Assembly (NCBI RefSeq): GCF_039968975.1
Contig: NZ_JBDVOT010000185.1
Span: forward strand, 3,807-67,806
Length of the DNA: 64,000 bases
DNA from: Maribacter sp.
GTDB taxonomy: Bacteria; Bacteroidota; Bacteroidia; Flavobacteriales; Flavobacteriaceae
Direction of reading: 5' to 3'
The translations under genes were made by a program, and so were the position numbers. Each line of letters starts with the position of its first letter. The stretch's first letter is position 1. The notes under the pieces are model-generated. The model worked only from the letters and a program-made list of their open reading frames with translations. It did not search any database and had not been told where the DNA came from. Below are positions 1 to 9,655 of this stretch, one piece after another.

Positions 1-142
1 GGGCAAAAGATAGATGGATTAGCAAATAAAAAATCCGAAAAGACCTTTGTTAATTTATAAAACGAGGTCTTTTAAGCCGTTCTAATTGGCAAATAGACCC
101 GGAGGGTCGAAATTTTTTTGAAAATACGGTAAAAACGCTAAA

Positions 143-538
143 ATGGAAGGAGAAACCAATCTTAATACATTATTACAAAGTTTAAAACCCAACTTAAACG
201 ACGGCAGTTATGTTTTCATTACTGTAAAAGATATTCAACATATTTCTAGAGAAGATATTTTATTCGAGTTTAAAGAAAAAGAAGGCATCACAATTATACT
301 TGAAAAAAATAAAGCCGATGAATTAAATTTCACATATGAATTTGTTGCATCATGGATAACCCTTACCGTTCATTCCGCTTTAGATGCAGTTGGTTTAACC
401 GCGGCGGTTTCAACTGCTTTAACAAAATATGATATTAGCTGTAATGTAGTAGCTGCATATTATCACGACCACATATTCGTTTCTACAAAAGATACCGAAA
501 AAGCTATGGAAGTATTAGGCGAATTTTCTAAAAAATAA
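143..538 (+). CDS. ACT domain-containing protein (ACT_7/CASTOR-like small regulatory domain protein)
   Basis: 131-aa ORF. Its size and sequence pattern (..YVFITV...ITLTVHSALDAVGLTAAVSTALT...ISCNVVAAYYHDHIFV) are typical of two-lobed ACT-fold small proteins. Recognition only, no search was run. Confidence 0.6.
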   Translation: MEGETNLNTLLQSLKPNLNDGSYVFITVKDIQHISREDILFEFKEKEGITIILEKNKADELNFTYEFVASWITLTVHSALDAVGLTAAVSTALTKYDISCNVVAAYYHDHIFVSTKDTEKAMEVLGEFSKK

Positions 539-616
539 ACTGTACTAGATATAAACTACCAAGTATAATCTGAATTTTTGATATAAGGAGTTTAACCTTA
601 TACCTAAAATCTTAGT

Positions 617-2125
617 TTATCCTAACTTACTTAACGCTGTCTCTATTCTAGAAATACTTTCTTCTTTACCGATCATTGCCATAATATCGAAAATATGAGG
701 ACCTTTCATATCACCTACCAAGAAAAGGCGTAATGGAGGCATCACTTTTCCAAATGATAATTCTTTTTCACCGATCCATGCTTTTACAATCGTTTCGGTA
801 TTTTCAGAAGAAAAATCATCTATTGGTTTCAACACAGAAATAAGACCTTTCATTATAGTGCCAGTATCTTCTTTCCATTGTTTTTTGGCTGCCTTAGCAT
901 TATACTCAGTAGGAGCTGTAAAAAAGTAATCGCTCAAATTCCAAAAATCAGAAACAAAAACGGCACGTTCTTTTATGAGCGCAACCACATTTGTTACATA
1001 TTCCAAATTTATTTTATCCGCATCAGAAATATGCTCTTTGACTATTAGCAAAAACAATTCAGCCAACTCATTATCAGATGTTTCCTGAAGATAATGTTGG
1101 TTGTACCATTTAGTCTTTTCAGGATCAAAACGAGCTCCAGATTTATTGACACGGTCTAAGCTAAAGGTTTTAATCAATTCATCTAAAGAGAAAAGTTCTT
1201 GCTCAGTACCAGGATTCCATCCTAATAAGGCCAAGAAATTTATCACTGCCTCAGGAAAATATCCAGATTCTTTATATCCAATAGATTCGTTCCATGAAAG
1301 AGGAAACACCGGAAAGCCCATTTTCTCGCCATCACGTTTACTAAGTTTTCCTTTTCCTACGGGTTTCATAATCAAAGGTAAATGCGCAAATTCTGGAGAG
1401 TCCCATCCAAATGCATCATACAATTGTTTGTGTAAAGCTAAAGAAGGCAACCATTCTTCTCCACGTATAACATGAGAAATTTCCATTAAATGGTCATCAA
1501 CAATATTTGCCAAATGGTAAGTTGGCATACCATCGCTTTTAAATAATACTTTATCGTCTAAAACATTGGTATCAATCTTAATAGATCCACGTATTAAGTC
1601 ATTTAGTTGCAATATTTCGTCTGGTGGAGTAAGAAAACGAACTACGTAATCATCACCATTTTCTAAACGACTTTTAACCTCTTCTGGCATTAAAGACAAA
1701 GAGTTATCGAGTTTTAATCTATTGTGCCAATTATAAATAAATGTTTTGCCGTTTTGTTCATGTTCTTTTCTATGCCCATCTAAACTTTCTGCTGTATCAA
1801 AAGCATAATATGCATGACCGCTTTCAATTAAATCTTCGGCATATTTTTTATATAAAGATTTACGTTCGCTCTGTCTATATGGACCAAAACCGCCATCTTT
1901 ACCTACACCTTCGTCAAAAGGAATTCCACACCAATTCAAAGAATCGATAATATACTGTTCGGCACCTTCAACATATCTGTTTTGGTCGGTATCTTCTATT
2001 CTAAGAATAAAATCGCCGCCATGTTTTTTAGCAAACAAATAATTAAATAGGGCAGTGCGCACACCACCAATATGTAATGGTCCTGTAGGACTAGGAGCAA
2101 AACGAACACGTACTTTCTTTGTCAT
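617..2125 (-). CDS. gltX: glutamate--tRNA ligase
   Basis: 502 aa. The N-terminus RFAPSPTGPLHIGGVRTALFNY carries the class I HIGH motif, followed by ILRIEDTD and a KLSKR (KMSKS-type) motif. Confidence 0.97.
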   Translation of the reverse strand: MTKKVRVRFAPSPTGPLHIGGVRTALFNYLFAKKHGGDFILRIEDTDQNRYVEGAEQYIIDSLNWCGIPFDEGVGKDGGFGPYRQSERKSLYKKYAEDLIESGHAYYAFDTAESLDGHRKEHEQNGKTFIYNWHNRLKLDNSLSLMPEEVKSRLENGDDYVVRFLTPPDEILQLNDLIRGSIKIDTNVLDDKVLFKSDGMPTYHLANIVDDHLMEISHVIRGEEWLPSLALHKQLYDAFGWDSPEFAHLPLIMKPVGKGKLSKRDGEKMGFPVFPLSWNESIGYKESGYFPEAVINFLALLGWNPGTEQELFSLDELIKTFSLDRVNKSGARFDPEKTKWYNQHYLQETSDNELAELFLLIVKEHISDADKINLEYVTNVVALIKERAVFVSDFWNLSDYFFTAPTEYNAKAAKKQWKEDTGTIMKGLISVLKPIDDFSSENTETIVKAWIGEKELSFGKVMPPLRLFLVGDMKGPHIFDIMAMIGKEESISRIETALSKLG

Positions 2126-2384
2126 GCGGCAAAGGTATAAAAAACACCTTTAGCCATATATCTACGGCAAACTATTAATTACTAGAATATAAAAAATCCT
2201 GAAATTTCACTTACAACTCTAGTATTCAATATACTACTTAATATCAAAATGGGTATAAAATCTTATTTTTCAAAAAAACCAAGCAAATACCGTTGTTGGG
2301 AAGAGGAAAAATAAGTGAAATATTAAAATGGAGAATACATATACGAATACCATTAGCAATGCGTTATTTACAATCTTTAAACCA

Positions 2385-3623
2385 ATGAAAATGAAAAATT
2401 ATTTGAATTACTTTTATGTATTCGTAGTACTATTAATTACAGGTTGTACCTCAGATTCTACTGACGACGCTATGCCCGATGTAATTGACAGTGCAGATGA
2501 AATTACACTTTCTGCTTTTGAAATTGAATTTGAAGACGTCACCCAAACAAGTGCTAAAATTATGTGGAGCGAGGTTACATCTTCAAATGAAAGTACCGTA
2601 GACTACAGCATTTTTTTAAATGAAGAACTAGTTGCAGAAAACCTTACTGAATTAGAATTTACTGTTGAGGGGTTAGAAATGAACACAATCTACGCAGTAA
2701 AAATCAGTGCATCTGCTGAAAACGCGGTAGAGAGTATAAATTCTTCAGAATTTCAAACTTTAGGAACCCCACCATCTAGCTTTCCAATTACTTATAAAGA
2801 CAATGGTTGTGGTATTGCTTTTATTAGTTGGGACAGTCCTACGGTAGAAGACGGATCAGACTATTCTTATAGAATATATTTAAACGGTGAACATGTTGAA
2901 ACTTATGGTTCTTATAGCACAGAAAGAACTGGTTTTAATCTCCTTGTTGCTGAAGGTGAAGATCATGTTATTAAGGTGGTTGCCGCAAGTTTTAGTGGTG
3001 CCGAAACTGAAGAAGAAATTACCTTTACACAGGTTGCCTGCCCTATACCATCAGATTTTGAAATAACAGCTTCAAATATTACAGGAACTAGCGCAACTTT
3101 AAATTGGACAGCATCTACAATGTCTGACGACAGTACGGTATATTATCTTGTTACCGCAAATGGCGTAGGTTATCCTGCAGCAAATACATTTATCTATAGA
3201 ACTGATTATGAGTTTACCGACCTTGAAAGAAATACAACTTACGAGGTAATAATAACCGCAAGAGCACCTGAAAACGGTAAAACTAAAGAATCTACCATAA
3301 CTTTTACGACTACAAACGATTATCCTGTACACCCAGATATCTCAGTAACAGAAGCAACATTAATTACACCGGATAGTCAGTATTTTCCAGGGCAATTAAA
3401 CGTTACTTTCTCAGAAGAACTTGCCAATTTTGAAATTGAAAAATGGGTTGCTGTAGACTATGAAATAGCTAATTATAGTACGTACACTTCATCAGTATCT
3501 AGTAGCGTATTAAGTGAGGAAAACTACAATTCATTAGAAGAAGATAAAACCGGATATTTTCTAATAGAAGTTGACGGAGTACTATATCAACTAAACTATG
3601 ACGTTGTTTTAGAGACAAATTAA
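2385..3623 (+). CDS. fibronectin type III repeat lipoprotein (function unknown)
   Basis: The ORF is open from 2328. I prefer the ATG at 2385 because MKMKNYLNYFYVFVVLLITGC is a lipoprotein signal with a lipobox Cys. At least three roughly 90-aa Fn3-like modules are present (..A.I.WS......Y.I.LNG...NT.Y.V.I.A). Confidence 0.7.
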   Translation: MKMKNYLNYFYVFVVLLITGCTSDSTDDAMPDVIDSADEITLSAFEIEFEDVTQTSAKIMWSEVTSSNESTVDYSIFLNEELVAENLTELEFTVEGLEMNTIYAVKISASAENAVESINSSEFQTLGTPPSSFPITYKDNGCGIAFISWDSPTVEDGSDYSYRIYLNGEHVETYGSYSTERTGFNLLVAEGEDHVIKVVAASFSGAETEEEITFTQVACPIPSDFEITASNITGTSATLNWTASTMSDDSTVYYLVTANGVGYPAANTFIYRTDYEFTDLERNTTYEVIITARAPENGKTKESTITFTTTNDYPVHPDISVTEATLITPDSQYFPGQLNVTFSEELANFEIEKWVAVDYEIANYSTYTSSVSSSVLSEENYNSLEEDKTGYFLIEVDGVLYQLNYDVVLETN

Positions 3624-3640
3624 AAAAACATTACTTTCAT

Positions 3641-3689
3641 AAAGGGGTGAAATTTGTAGTTAGCTACATATTTCACCCCTTTATTTTTT
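3641..3689 (+). terminator. rho-independent terminator after the Fn3 lipoprotein gene
   Basis: Long hairpin AAAGGGGTGAAAT..ATTTCACCCCTTT with an inner TGTAG/CTACA stem, followed by ATTTTTT. Confidence 0.8.
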
Positions 3690-3811
3690 CTATTAATTTG
3701 AGTTATAAACTATAGTAGTCAGCTCATTTATTACCTGTTAGCAAATCCTTTTAACAAATATTTCCTACTAACCAGTCTTTTTAACCGTTATCTTGGTATA
3801 AAAAAGAACAA

Positions 3812-6800
3812 TTGCAAGACTATCAGCACATATTACAGCGATTAAACCAATTTATTCAAAAACACTATTCTCAAGTTCTACTGAAAGGTATATTACTATT
3901 TTTCGCATTCGGACTTTTGTTTTTCCTACTGATATTAGGAGTTGAATATTTTCTTTGGATGAACAGTACAGGAAGAATGGTGCTATTCGGCATTTTTATA
4001 TTAGTTGAGATATTTCTTCTTTTTAAATACATTTTAACGCCAATTTTCTATTTACTAAAACTTAAAAAAGGTATAGGACAAAAAGATGCTGCCCATATGA
4101 TAGGAAAGCATTTTCCTGAAGTAGGAGATAAGCTTATAAATTTATTGGACCTAGCAAGTGATAATGAAAAATCAGAATTGTTACTGGCTAGTATTAATCA
4201 AAGGTCGAAACAACTAGACTCAATACCGTTCACCAAAGCCATAAACTTCAAAGATTCCTTCAAATATTTAAAATATTCCATTATTCCAATTGCCATAATA
4301 GCCTTACTATTTATATCAGGAAATTGGAATAGTTTTTTTGGTACTTATGAACGTGTAGTAAACTACGAAATGGCTTATGAAAAACCAGCGCCTTTTAAAT
4401 TTGAGGTTCTATCAAACAAATTAACCACCTTACAAGACCAAACCTTTACTGTACAAGTTGCAACAAAGGGTAAAGTAAAACCAGAAAACGTTTATATAGA
4501 AATTGATTATAAACCTATTTTATTACAACAAAGAAACGGTTTTTATGAGTACACATTTTCACCACCCATACAAACCACTACGTTTAAATTTTCTGCAAAT
4601 GAGGTGCAATCAAAAGAATATACCTTACAGTCTCTTCAAACACCTTCTATTATAGATTTTACCATGAATCTTACTTATCCTAGGTATTTAAACAAACCTA
4701 ATAAAACTATTAAAAGTACTGGAAACGCTGTTATACCTGAGGGAACAAAAATTACTTGGCAAATTAAAGGTGAAAATACCGATAAGATTAATGTCGTTAC
4801 TAAAGACACTCTTTTACCATTTATAAAAGAAAAAAACCAATTTAAATTAGAGAAGAACATCTATAATAATTTTAATTACGAGTTAACGACTACAAATGAA
4901 AACGTTCAAGATTATGAACGTTTAACATATAGTTTTAAGGTAATTAAAGATGCGTATCCCACAATTAAGGTAAATCAAGTTCTAGATAGTTTAAATCCGA
5001 ATGTTTCTTACTACACAGGTTCCGCTACTGATGATTATGGACTTCGAAAAATTGACATTATATATTTTGAAGTAGGTAATGAAAACGCTACAAAAACTAT
5101 TTCCTTAATTAAACCGACTTCTAATTACGAACAATTTTATTACACGTTTCCCTCTGGTTTAGAGTTAGAAGAAGGTAAAAATTATGGTTTTTATTTTGAG
5201 ATAACAGATAACGATGCAGTACATAATGGAAAGACCGTTAAAAGTCAAATATACCAACAAGTATTACTAGATGATAATCAGTTAAAAAACAAAGACCTTG
5301 AATCTCAACAATCACTAATAAAGGACTTAGATAAATCTCTAGAAAGAGCAAAAGAACAGAAAGAATCATTAGAAAAAATAAACAAAAATCAGAAAGAAAA
5401 AAACAGTCTAAATTTCAATGATAAGTCACAGATAAAAGATTATTTAAAAAAACAAGAACAGCAAGAACAATTCATGCAAAAGTTCAGTAAAGAACTTAAA
5501 GAAAATCTAAACAAGGAAAATAAAGATGACAAATTAAACCAATTGTTACAAGAACGTTTAAAACGTCAAGAAGAGCAAGCAAAGAAAAACCAGCAACTCC
5601 TAGAAGAACTTAACAAAGTAGCTGACAAAATAAAGAAGGAAGAACTTACCAAAAAGTTGGAAGAATTAGGTAAAAAACAACAAAATAGTGAGCGTAGCTT
5701 AGAACAACTATTAGAGTTAACCAAACGGTATTATGTAACAGAAAAAGCCTCGCAACTTGCACGAGATTTAGAGCAATTAGCTAAACAACAAGAAGAACTT
5801 TCTAAAAATAATAAAAAAGAAAATACAGCAGAAAAACAAACCGAATTAAACAAGAAATTTAACGAGCTGTCAAAGGAAATGGATGCTTTGAAAAAAGATA
5901 ATGAAAAGCTAAAAAAACCAATTGATATAAATATTGAAGAAAACAAAAAACAAGCTGTAAAAGAAGATCAACAAAAGGCTCTTGAAGAACTACAAAACGA
6001 TGATCAAAATGAGCAAAATAAACCAACTAATTCTGATGCTAAAAAGAAACAAAAATCTGCAGCAGATAAGATGAAAGAAATGAGTGAAGCCTTAAGTGAT
6101 TCTTCCTCTGGTGGAAGCGGTGGTTCATCAGTAGCTGAAGATGCTGAAATGCTAAGACAAATTTTAGACAATCTCATCATTTTCTCTTTTAAACAAGAAA
6201 CACTTTATGATAGACTTAGCTCTAGAGAAGAACAAGATGCTACTCAATATTCTGAAACAGTACGCGACCAAAATGAATTAAAAGGGTTATTTGAACATGT
6301 AGATGATAGTCTATTTGCATTATCTCTTCGCCAAGCTGAACTATCAGAATTTGTAAATGAACAGATTACCGAAGTATATTATAACATTGATAAATCTTTA
6401 GAAACGATGGCAGATGGTCAAATGTTTCAAGGAATTTCCCATCAAAAATATGTGTTGACCGCAGCTAACAGTCTTGCAGATTTTCTAGCCAAGGTTATGG
6501 ACAATATGAATGAAAGTATGCAAATGGGAAAAGGTTCTGGGCAAAGTGAAGGAGGATTTCAGTTACCGGATATTATTGAAGGGCAACAACAAATTGGTGA
6601 AAAAATGGGTCAACAAGGAGAATCTGGAAAGGAAGGAAAAGAGGGGAAAAGTGGTGAAGGTAAACAAGGCAAAAATGGAAATGAAGGTGAAGGAGGAAAA
6701 CAGGGCGAACGTGGTAAACAGGGAGCTAACGGTAAACAAGGTGAAAGCGGAGATGAAGGTGAAAATGGAAAAAACGGGGAAGGAAAAAGTGGTAAAGAAG

Positions 6801-7306
6801 GCGAAAACGGCGAAGGCGGAGAAAATGGACAAGGAAAAAATGGAACAAACGGTATGGGTGGACAAGGTGAGGGTTCAATGAGCGAATCTGAACTTAGAGA
6901 AATCTATGAAATTTATCAAAGCCAACAAAAAATAAGACAGGAACTAGAGGAGCAACTCCAGAATATGATTAATTCTGGCGACCAAAAATTAGGTCAAAAA
7001 TTAATTAAACAGATGGAAGATTTTGAAAACGATCTTTTAGAAAACGGTATAACTCAACGTACTATCAACAAAGCCAATACTATACAGTACGAATTATTGA
7101 AATTAGAAAACGCGGCACTTAAGCAAGGAGAGAAATCTGAGCGAGAAAGTAATAGAAATACAAAAGACTTCACAAATCCTATTACTACTAAACCCTCATT
7201 ATTAGATAATTATCGTAATGAAGTTGAAATTTTAAATAGGCAAAGCTTACCTTTGCGGCAAAATTTTCAATCTAAGGTTAAAGAGTATTTCAAAGCAAAT
7301 GATTAA
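3812..7306 (+). CDS. large membrane-anchored coiled-coil protein with Gly-rich tract (DUF4175-like)
   Basis: 1164-aa ORF with a TTG start. It has N-terminal TM helices, a long K/E/Q-rich coiled-coil segment (about aa 487-760) and a Gly-X-X-like tract (nt about 6600..6880). Its stop overlaps the ybeY start by 8 nt. The DUF4175 label is from memory of flavobacterial annotations. Confidence 0.7.
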   Translation: MQDYQHILQRLNQFIQKHYSQVLLKGILLFFAFGLLFFLLILGVEYFLWMNSTGRMVLFGIFILVEIFLLFKYILTPIFYLLKLKKGIGQKDAAHMIGKHFPEVGDKLINLLDLASDNEKSELLLASINQRSKQLDSIPFTKAINFKDSFKYLKYSIIPIAIIALLFISGNWNSFFGTYERVVNYEMAYEKPAPFKFEVLSNKLTTLQDQTFTVQVATKGKVKPENVYIEIDYKPILLQQRNGFYEYTFSPPIQTTTFKFSANEVQSKEYTLQSLQTPSIIDFTMNLTYPRYLNKPNKTIKSTGNAVIPEGTKITWQIKGENTDKINVVTKDTLLPFIKEKNQFKLEKNIYNNFNYELTTTNENVQDYERLTYSFKVIKDAYPTIKVNQVLDSLNPNVSYYTGSATDDYGLRKIDIIYFEVGNENATKTISLIKPTSNYEQFYYTFPSGLELEEGKNYGFYFEITDNDAVHNGKTVKSQIYQQVLLDDNQLKNKDLESQQSLIKDLDKSLERAKEQKESLEKINKNQKEKNSLNFNDKSQIKDYLKKQEQQEQFMQKFSKELKENLNKENKDDKLNQLLQERLKRQEEQAKKNQQLLEELNKVADKIKKEELTKKLEELGKKQQNSERSLEQLLELTKRYYVTEKASQLARDLEQLAKQQEELSKNNKKENTAEKQTELNKKFNELSKEMDALKKDNEKLKKPIDINIEENKKQAVKEDQQKALEELQNDDQNEQNKPTNSDAKKKQKSAADKMKEMSEALSDSSSGGSGGSSVAEDAEMLRQILDNLIIFSFKQETLYDRLSSREEQDATQYSETVRDQNELKGLFEHVDDSLFALSLRQAELSEFVNEQITEVYYNIDKSLETMADGQMFQGISHQKYVLTAANSLADFLAKVMDNMNESMQMGKGSGQSEGGFQLPDIIEGQQQIGEKMGQQGESGKEGKEGKSGEGKQGKNGNEGEGGKQGERGKQGANGKQGESGDEGENGKNGEGKSGKEGENGEGGENGQGKNGTNGMGGQGEGSMSESELREIYEIYQSQQKIRQELEEQLQNMINSGDQKLGQKLIKQMEDFENDLLENGITQRTINKANTIQYELLKLENAALKQGEKSERESNRNTKDFTNPITTKPSLLDNYRNEVEILNRQSLPLRQNFQSKVKEYFKAND
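6600..6880 (+). repeat. purine-rich low-complexity tract encoding a collagen-like G-(K/E/N/Q)-rich segment
   Basis: Translation GESGKEGKEGKSGEGKQGKNGNEGEGGKQGERGKQGANGKQGESGDEGENGKNGEGKSGKEGENGEGGENGQGKNGTNGMGGQGEG. Gly recurs mostly every third residue, with register slips. The other two reading frames are also open here. Confidence 0.85.
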
Positions 7307-7718
7307 TTACAATTACCTAACTGAATTTAAACTTGTAGCAGAAAAAAACTTTGATTCGTGGATTACAGCATCTTGTAATACCGAAGGGTTTTCCATTCAA
7401 GAACTTAACTACATCTTCTGTAGTGATGACTACTTGCTTAAAATAAATCAAGATTACTTACAACACGATTATCTAACAGACATTATCACTTTTGATTATG
7501 TATCAGGCAAAAATATTTCGGGAGACCTTTATATTTCAATTGACCGCATAAAAGAAAATGCACAAGAATTTAATGTTACGTTTGATAACGAATTAAAACG
7601 CGTAATGATTCATGGAGTTTTACATCTAATGGGTTATTCGGATAAATCGGATGCAGCTATTGCCGAAATGCGCGCTAAAGAAGAAGAAAAAATAAAGCTG
7701 TTCCACGTGGAACATTAG
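7299..7718 (+). CDS. ybeY: rRNA maturation RNase YbeY
   Basis: 139 aa with the zinc-binding HGVLHLMGYSD (H-x3-H-x5-H family) motif. It lies immediately upstream of mnmG. Confidence 0.93.
   Translation: MINYNYLTEFKLVAEKNFDSWITASCNTEGFSIQELNYIFCSDDYLLKINQDYLQHDYLTDIITFDYVSGKNISGDLYISIDRIKENAQEFNVTFDNELKRVMIHGVLHLMGYSDKSDAAIAEMRAKEEEKIKLFHVEH
7699..7714. promoter_or_regulatory. parS-type ParB-binding palindrome TGTTCCACGTGGAACA (inside the last codons of ybeY)
   Basis: Perfect 16-bp palindrome. Its half-site TGTTCCAC is identical to the left half of the classical Bacillus parS TGTTCCACGTGAAACA. It encodes ..LFHVEH* of YbeY and ends 10 nt before the mnmG ATG. Confidence 0.7.
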
Positions 7719-7723
7719 AAAAT

Positions 7724-9592
7724 ATGTTTGGAGAAGAATACGATGTAATTGTAGTTGGCGGAGGACACGCCGGTGCAGAAGCGGCAGCAGCAGCTGCAAA
7801 CTTGGGTTCAAAAACCCTATTAGTAACAATGAATTTACAAAACATAGGGCAGATGTCCTGTAACCCGGCAATGGGTGGAATTGCAAAAGGACAAATTGTA
7901 AGAGAGATAGATGCACTTGGCGGATATAGCGGAATTGTTTCTGATAAATCTGCTATTCAATTTAAGATGTTGAATAAATCTAAGGGTCCTGCAATGTGGA
8001 GTCCAAGAACCCAAAACGATAGAATGCGCTTTGCGGAAGAGTGGCGCTTAATGTTAGAACGCACACCTAATGTTGATTTTTATCAAGAAATGGTGTCTGG
8101 TTTACTTATAGAAAACCATAAAGTTGTTGGAGTAAAAACCTCTCTTGGTATCAATATAAAATCCAAAGCTGTTGTTTTAACCAATGGAACATTCCTAAAT
8201 GGATTGATTCATATTGGCGAAAAACAATTTGGTGGAGGTAGGGCAGGAGAAAAAGCTGCAACCGGAATTACGGAACAATTAGTTGAATTAGGTTTTGAAA
8301 GCGGAAGAATGAAAACCGGGACACCACCAAGAGTTGATGGTAGATCTTTAGATTATTCCAAAATGATTGTACAACCTGGTGATGCTATTCCAGAAAAATT
8401 TTCTTATTCAAATACAAAACCTTTAACGCATCAACGTGATTGTTACATGACCCATACTAGTGCATTGGTTCATGATTTATTGCGTGAAGGTTTTGATAGA
8501 TCACCAATGTTCAACGGTAGAATAAAAAGTTTAGGTCCACGATACTGTCCGTCTATTGAAGATAAAATAAACAGATTTGCAGACAAAGACAGTCATCAAA
8601 TGTTTATTGAACCTGAAGGTTGGAAAACAGTTGAAGTATATGTAAACGGATTTTCAACCTCTCTACCAGAAGATGTTCAGTTCAAAGCATTGCGTTCTGT
8701 AGTAGGTTTTGAAAAAGTAAAATTCTTTAGACCAGGTTATGCCATAGAGTATGATTACTTTCCACCAACCCAATTAAAACATACTTTAGAAACTAAGCCA
8801 GTTGATAACTTATATTTTGCCGGACAGATAAATGGAACCACAGGATATGAAGAAGCAGCATCTCAAGGTTTAATGGCAGGTATAAATGCACACTTAAAAC
8901 TAAAAGAAGAAAACCCTTTAATTTTAAAAAGAGATGAAGCATACATTGGTGTTTTAATAGATGACCTCATTACAAAAGGCACAGAAGAACCTTATAGAAT
9001 GTTTACATCTCGTGCAGAGTACAGAACATTACTTAGACAAGATAACGCAGATTTAAGATTAACTCCTTTAAGTCATTCCATAGGTTTTGCTACAGATTCA
9101 AGAATGAAGAGAATGGAACAAAAACTAGAACAATCTGAAGCTTTAGTTAATTTCTTCAGAGAAACTAGTGTATTGCCTAAAGACATTAATCCCATTTTTG
9201 AAAGTGTAAATTCATCTTTAGTAAAGCAATCTGATAAAATGTACAAAGCATTTTCAAGACCTAACGTAACAATGGATCATATGTTAATGTTAGAAGATGT
9301 TTCTAATTTCGTTAAAGAAAATAAATTTGATAATGAAATATTGGAACAAGCAGAAGTACAGATTAAATACTCAGGATACATTGCAAAGGAAAAATTAAAC
9401 GCCGATAAACTACATAGATTGGAAGCAGTTAAGATTCCAGAAAATTTTGATTACTCTAAACTGAAATCATTATCATTTGAAGCAAGAGAAAAAATGACGA
9501 AAATTCAACCTGTTACCATTTCCCAAGCATCAAGAATTAGTGGAGTTACTCCGAGCGACATCAGTGTACTTTTAGTTTATCTTGGAAGGTAG
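7724..9592 (+). CDS. mnmG: tRNA uridine-5-carboxymethylaminomethyl(34) synthesis enzyme MnmG (GidA)
   Basis: 622 aa. N-terminal FAD fold YDVIVVGGGHAGAEAA, then SCNPAMGGIAKG, GPRYCPSIEDK and FAGQINGTTGYEEAA. Confidence 0.98.
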   Translation: MFGEEYDVIVVGGGHAGAEAAAAAANLGSKTLLVTMNLQNIGQMSCNPAMGGIAKGQIVREIDALGGYSGIVSDKSAIQFKMLNKSKGPAMWSPRTQNDRMRFAEEWRLMLERTPNVDFYQEMVSGLLIENHKVVGVKTSLGINIKSKAVVLTNGTFLNGLIHIGEKQFGGGRAGEKAATGITEQLVELGFESGRMKTGTPPRVDGRSLDYSKMIVQPGDAIPEKFSYSNTKPLTHQRDCYMTHTSALVHDLLREGFDRSPMFNGRIKSLGPRYCPSIEDKINRFADKDSHQMFIEPEGWKTVEVYVNGFSTSLPEDVQFKALRSVVGFEKVKFFRPGYAIEYDYFPPTQLKHTLETKPVDNLYFAGQINGTTGYEEAASQGLMAGINAHLKLKEENPLILKRDEAYIGVLIDDLITKGTEEPYRMFTSRAEYRTLLRQDNADLRLTPLSHSIGFATDSRMKRMEQKLEQSEALVNFFRETSVLPKDINPIFESVNSSLVKQSDKMYKAFSRPNVTMDHMLMLEDVSNFVKENKFDNEILEQAEVQIKYSGYIAKEKLNADKLHRLEAVKIPENFDYSKLKSLSFEAREKMTKIQPVTISQASRISGVTPSDISVLLVYLGR

Positions 9593-9599
9593 GGCAAAT

Positions 9600-9615
9600 T
9601 GTTCCACGTGGAACA
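9600..9615. promoter_or_regulatory. second parS-type palindrome TGTTCCACGTGGAACA (extends to a 20-bp perfect palindrome 9598..9617)
   Basis: The same 16-mer as at 7699..7714, starting 8 nt after the mnmG stop codon. The flanks extend the symmetry to ATTGTTCCACGTGGAACAAT. Confidence 0.7.
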
Positions 9616-9655
9616 ATGAAATTTACATCATCTACAAAAAACCCGTAAATCAAAA

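Noticed and set aside
5270-6092. I considered the K/E/Q-rich segment of the 1164-aa protein as a nucleotide tandem repeat or a mis-assembled region.
   Set aside because: No fixed nucleotide period is visible. The bias is compositional (AAA/GAA/CAA codons), consistent with a long coiled coil rather than a repeat array.
6510-6881. Two extra long ORFs (6510..6881 plus strand, 6563..6865 minus strand) overlap the Gly-rich tract of the 1164-aa gene.
   Set aside because: They are artefacts of purine-only low-complexity DNA. Stop codons are rare in all frames there, and the translations are monotonous K/E/V or F/S/T strings. The 3812..7306 frame is continuous with well-formed flanking protein sequence.
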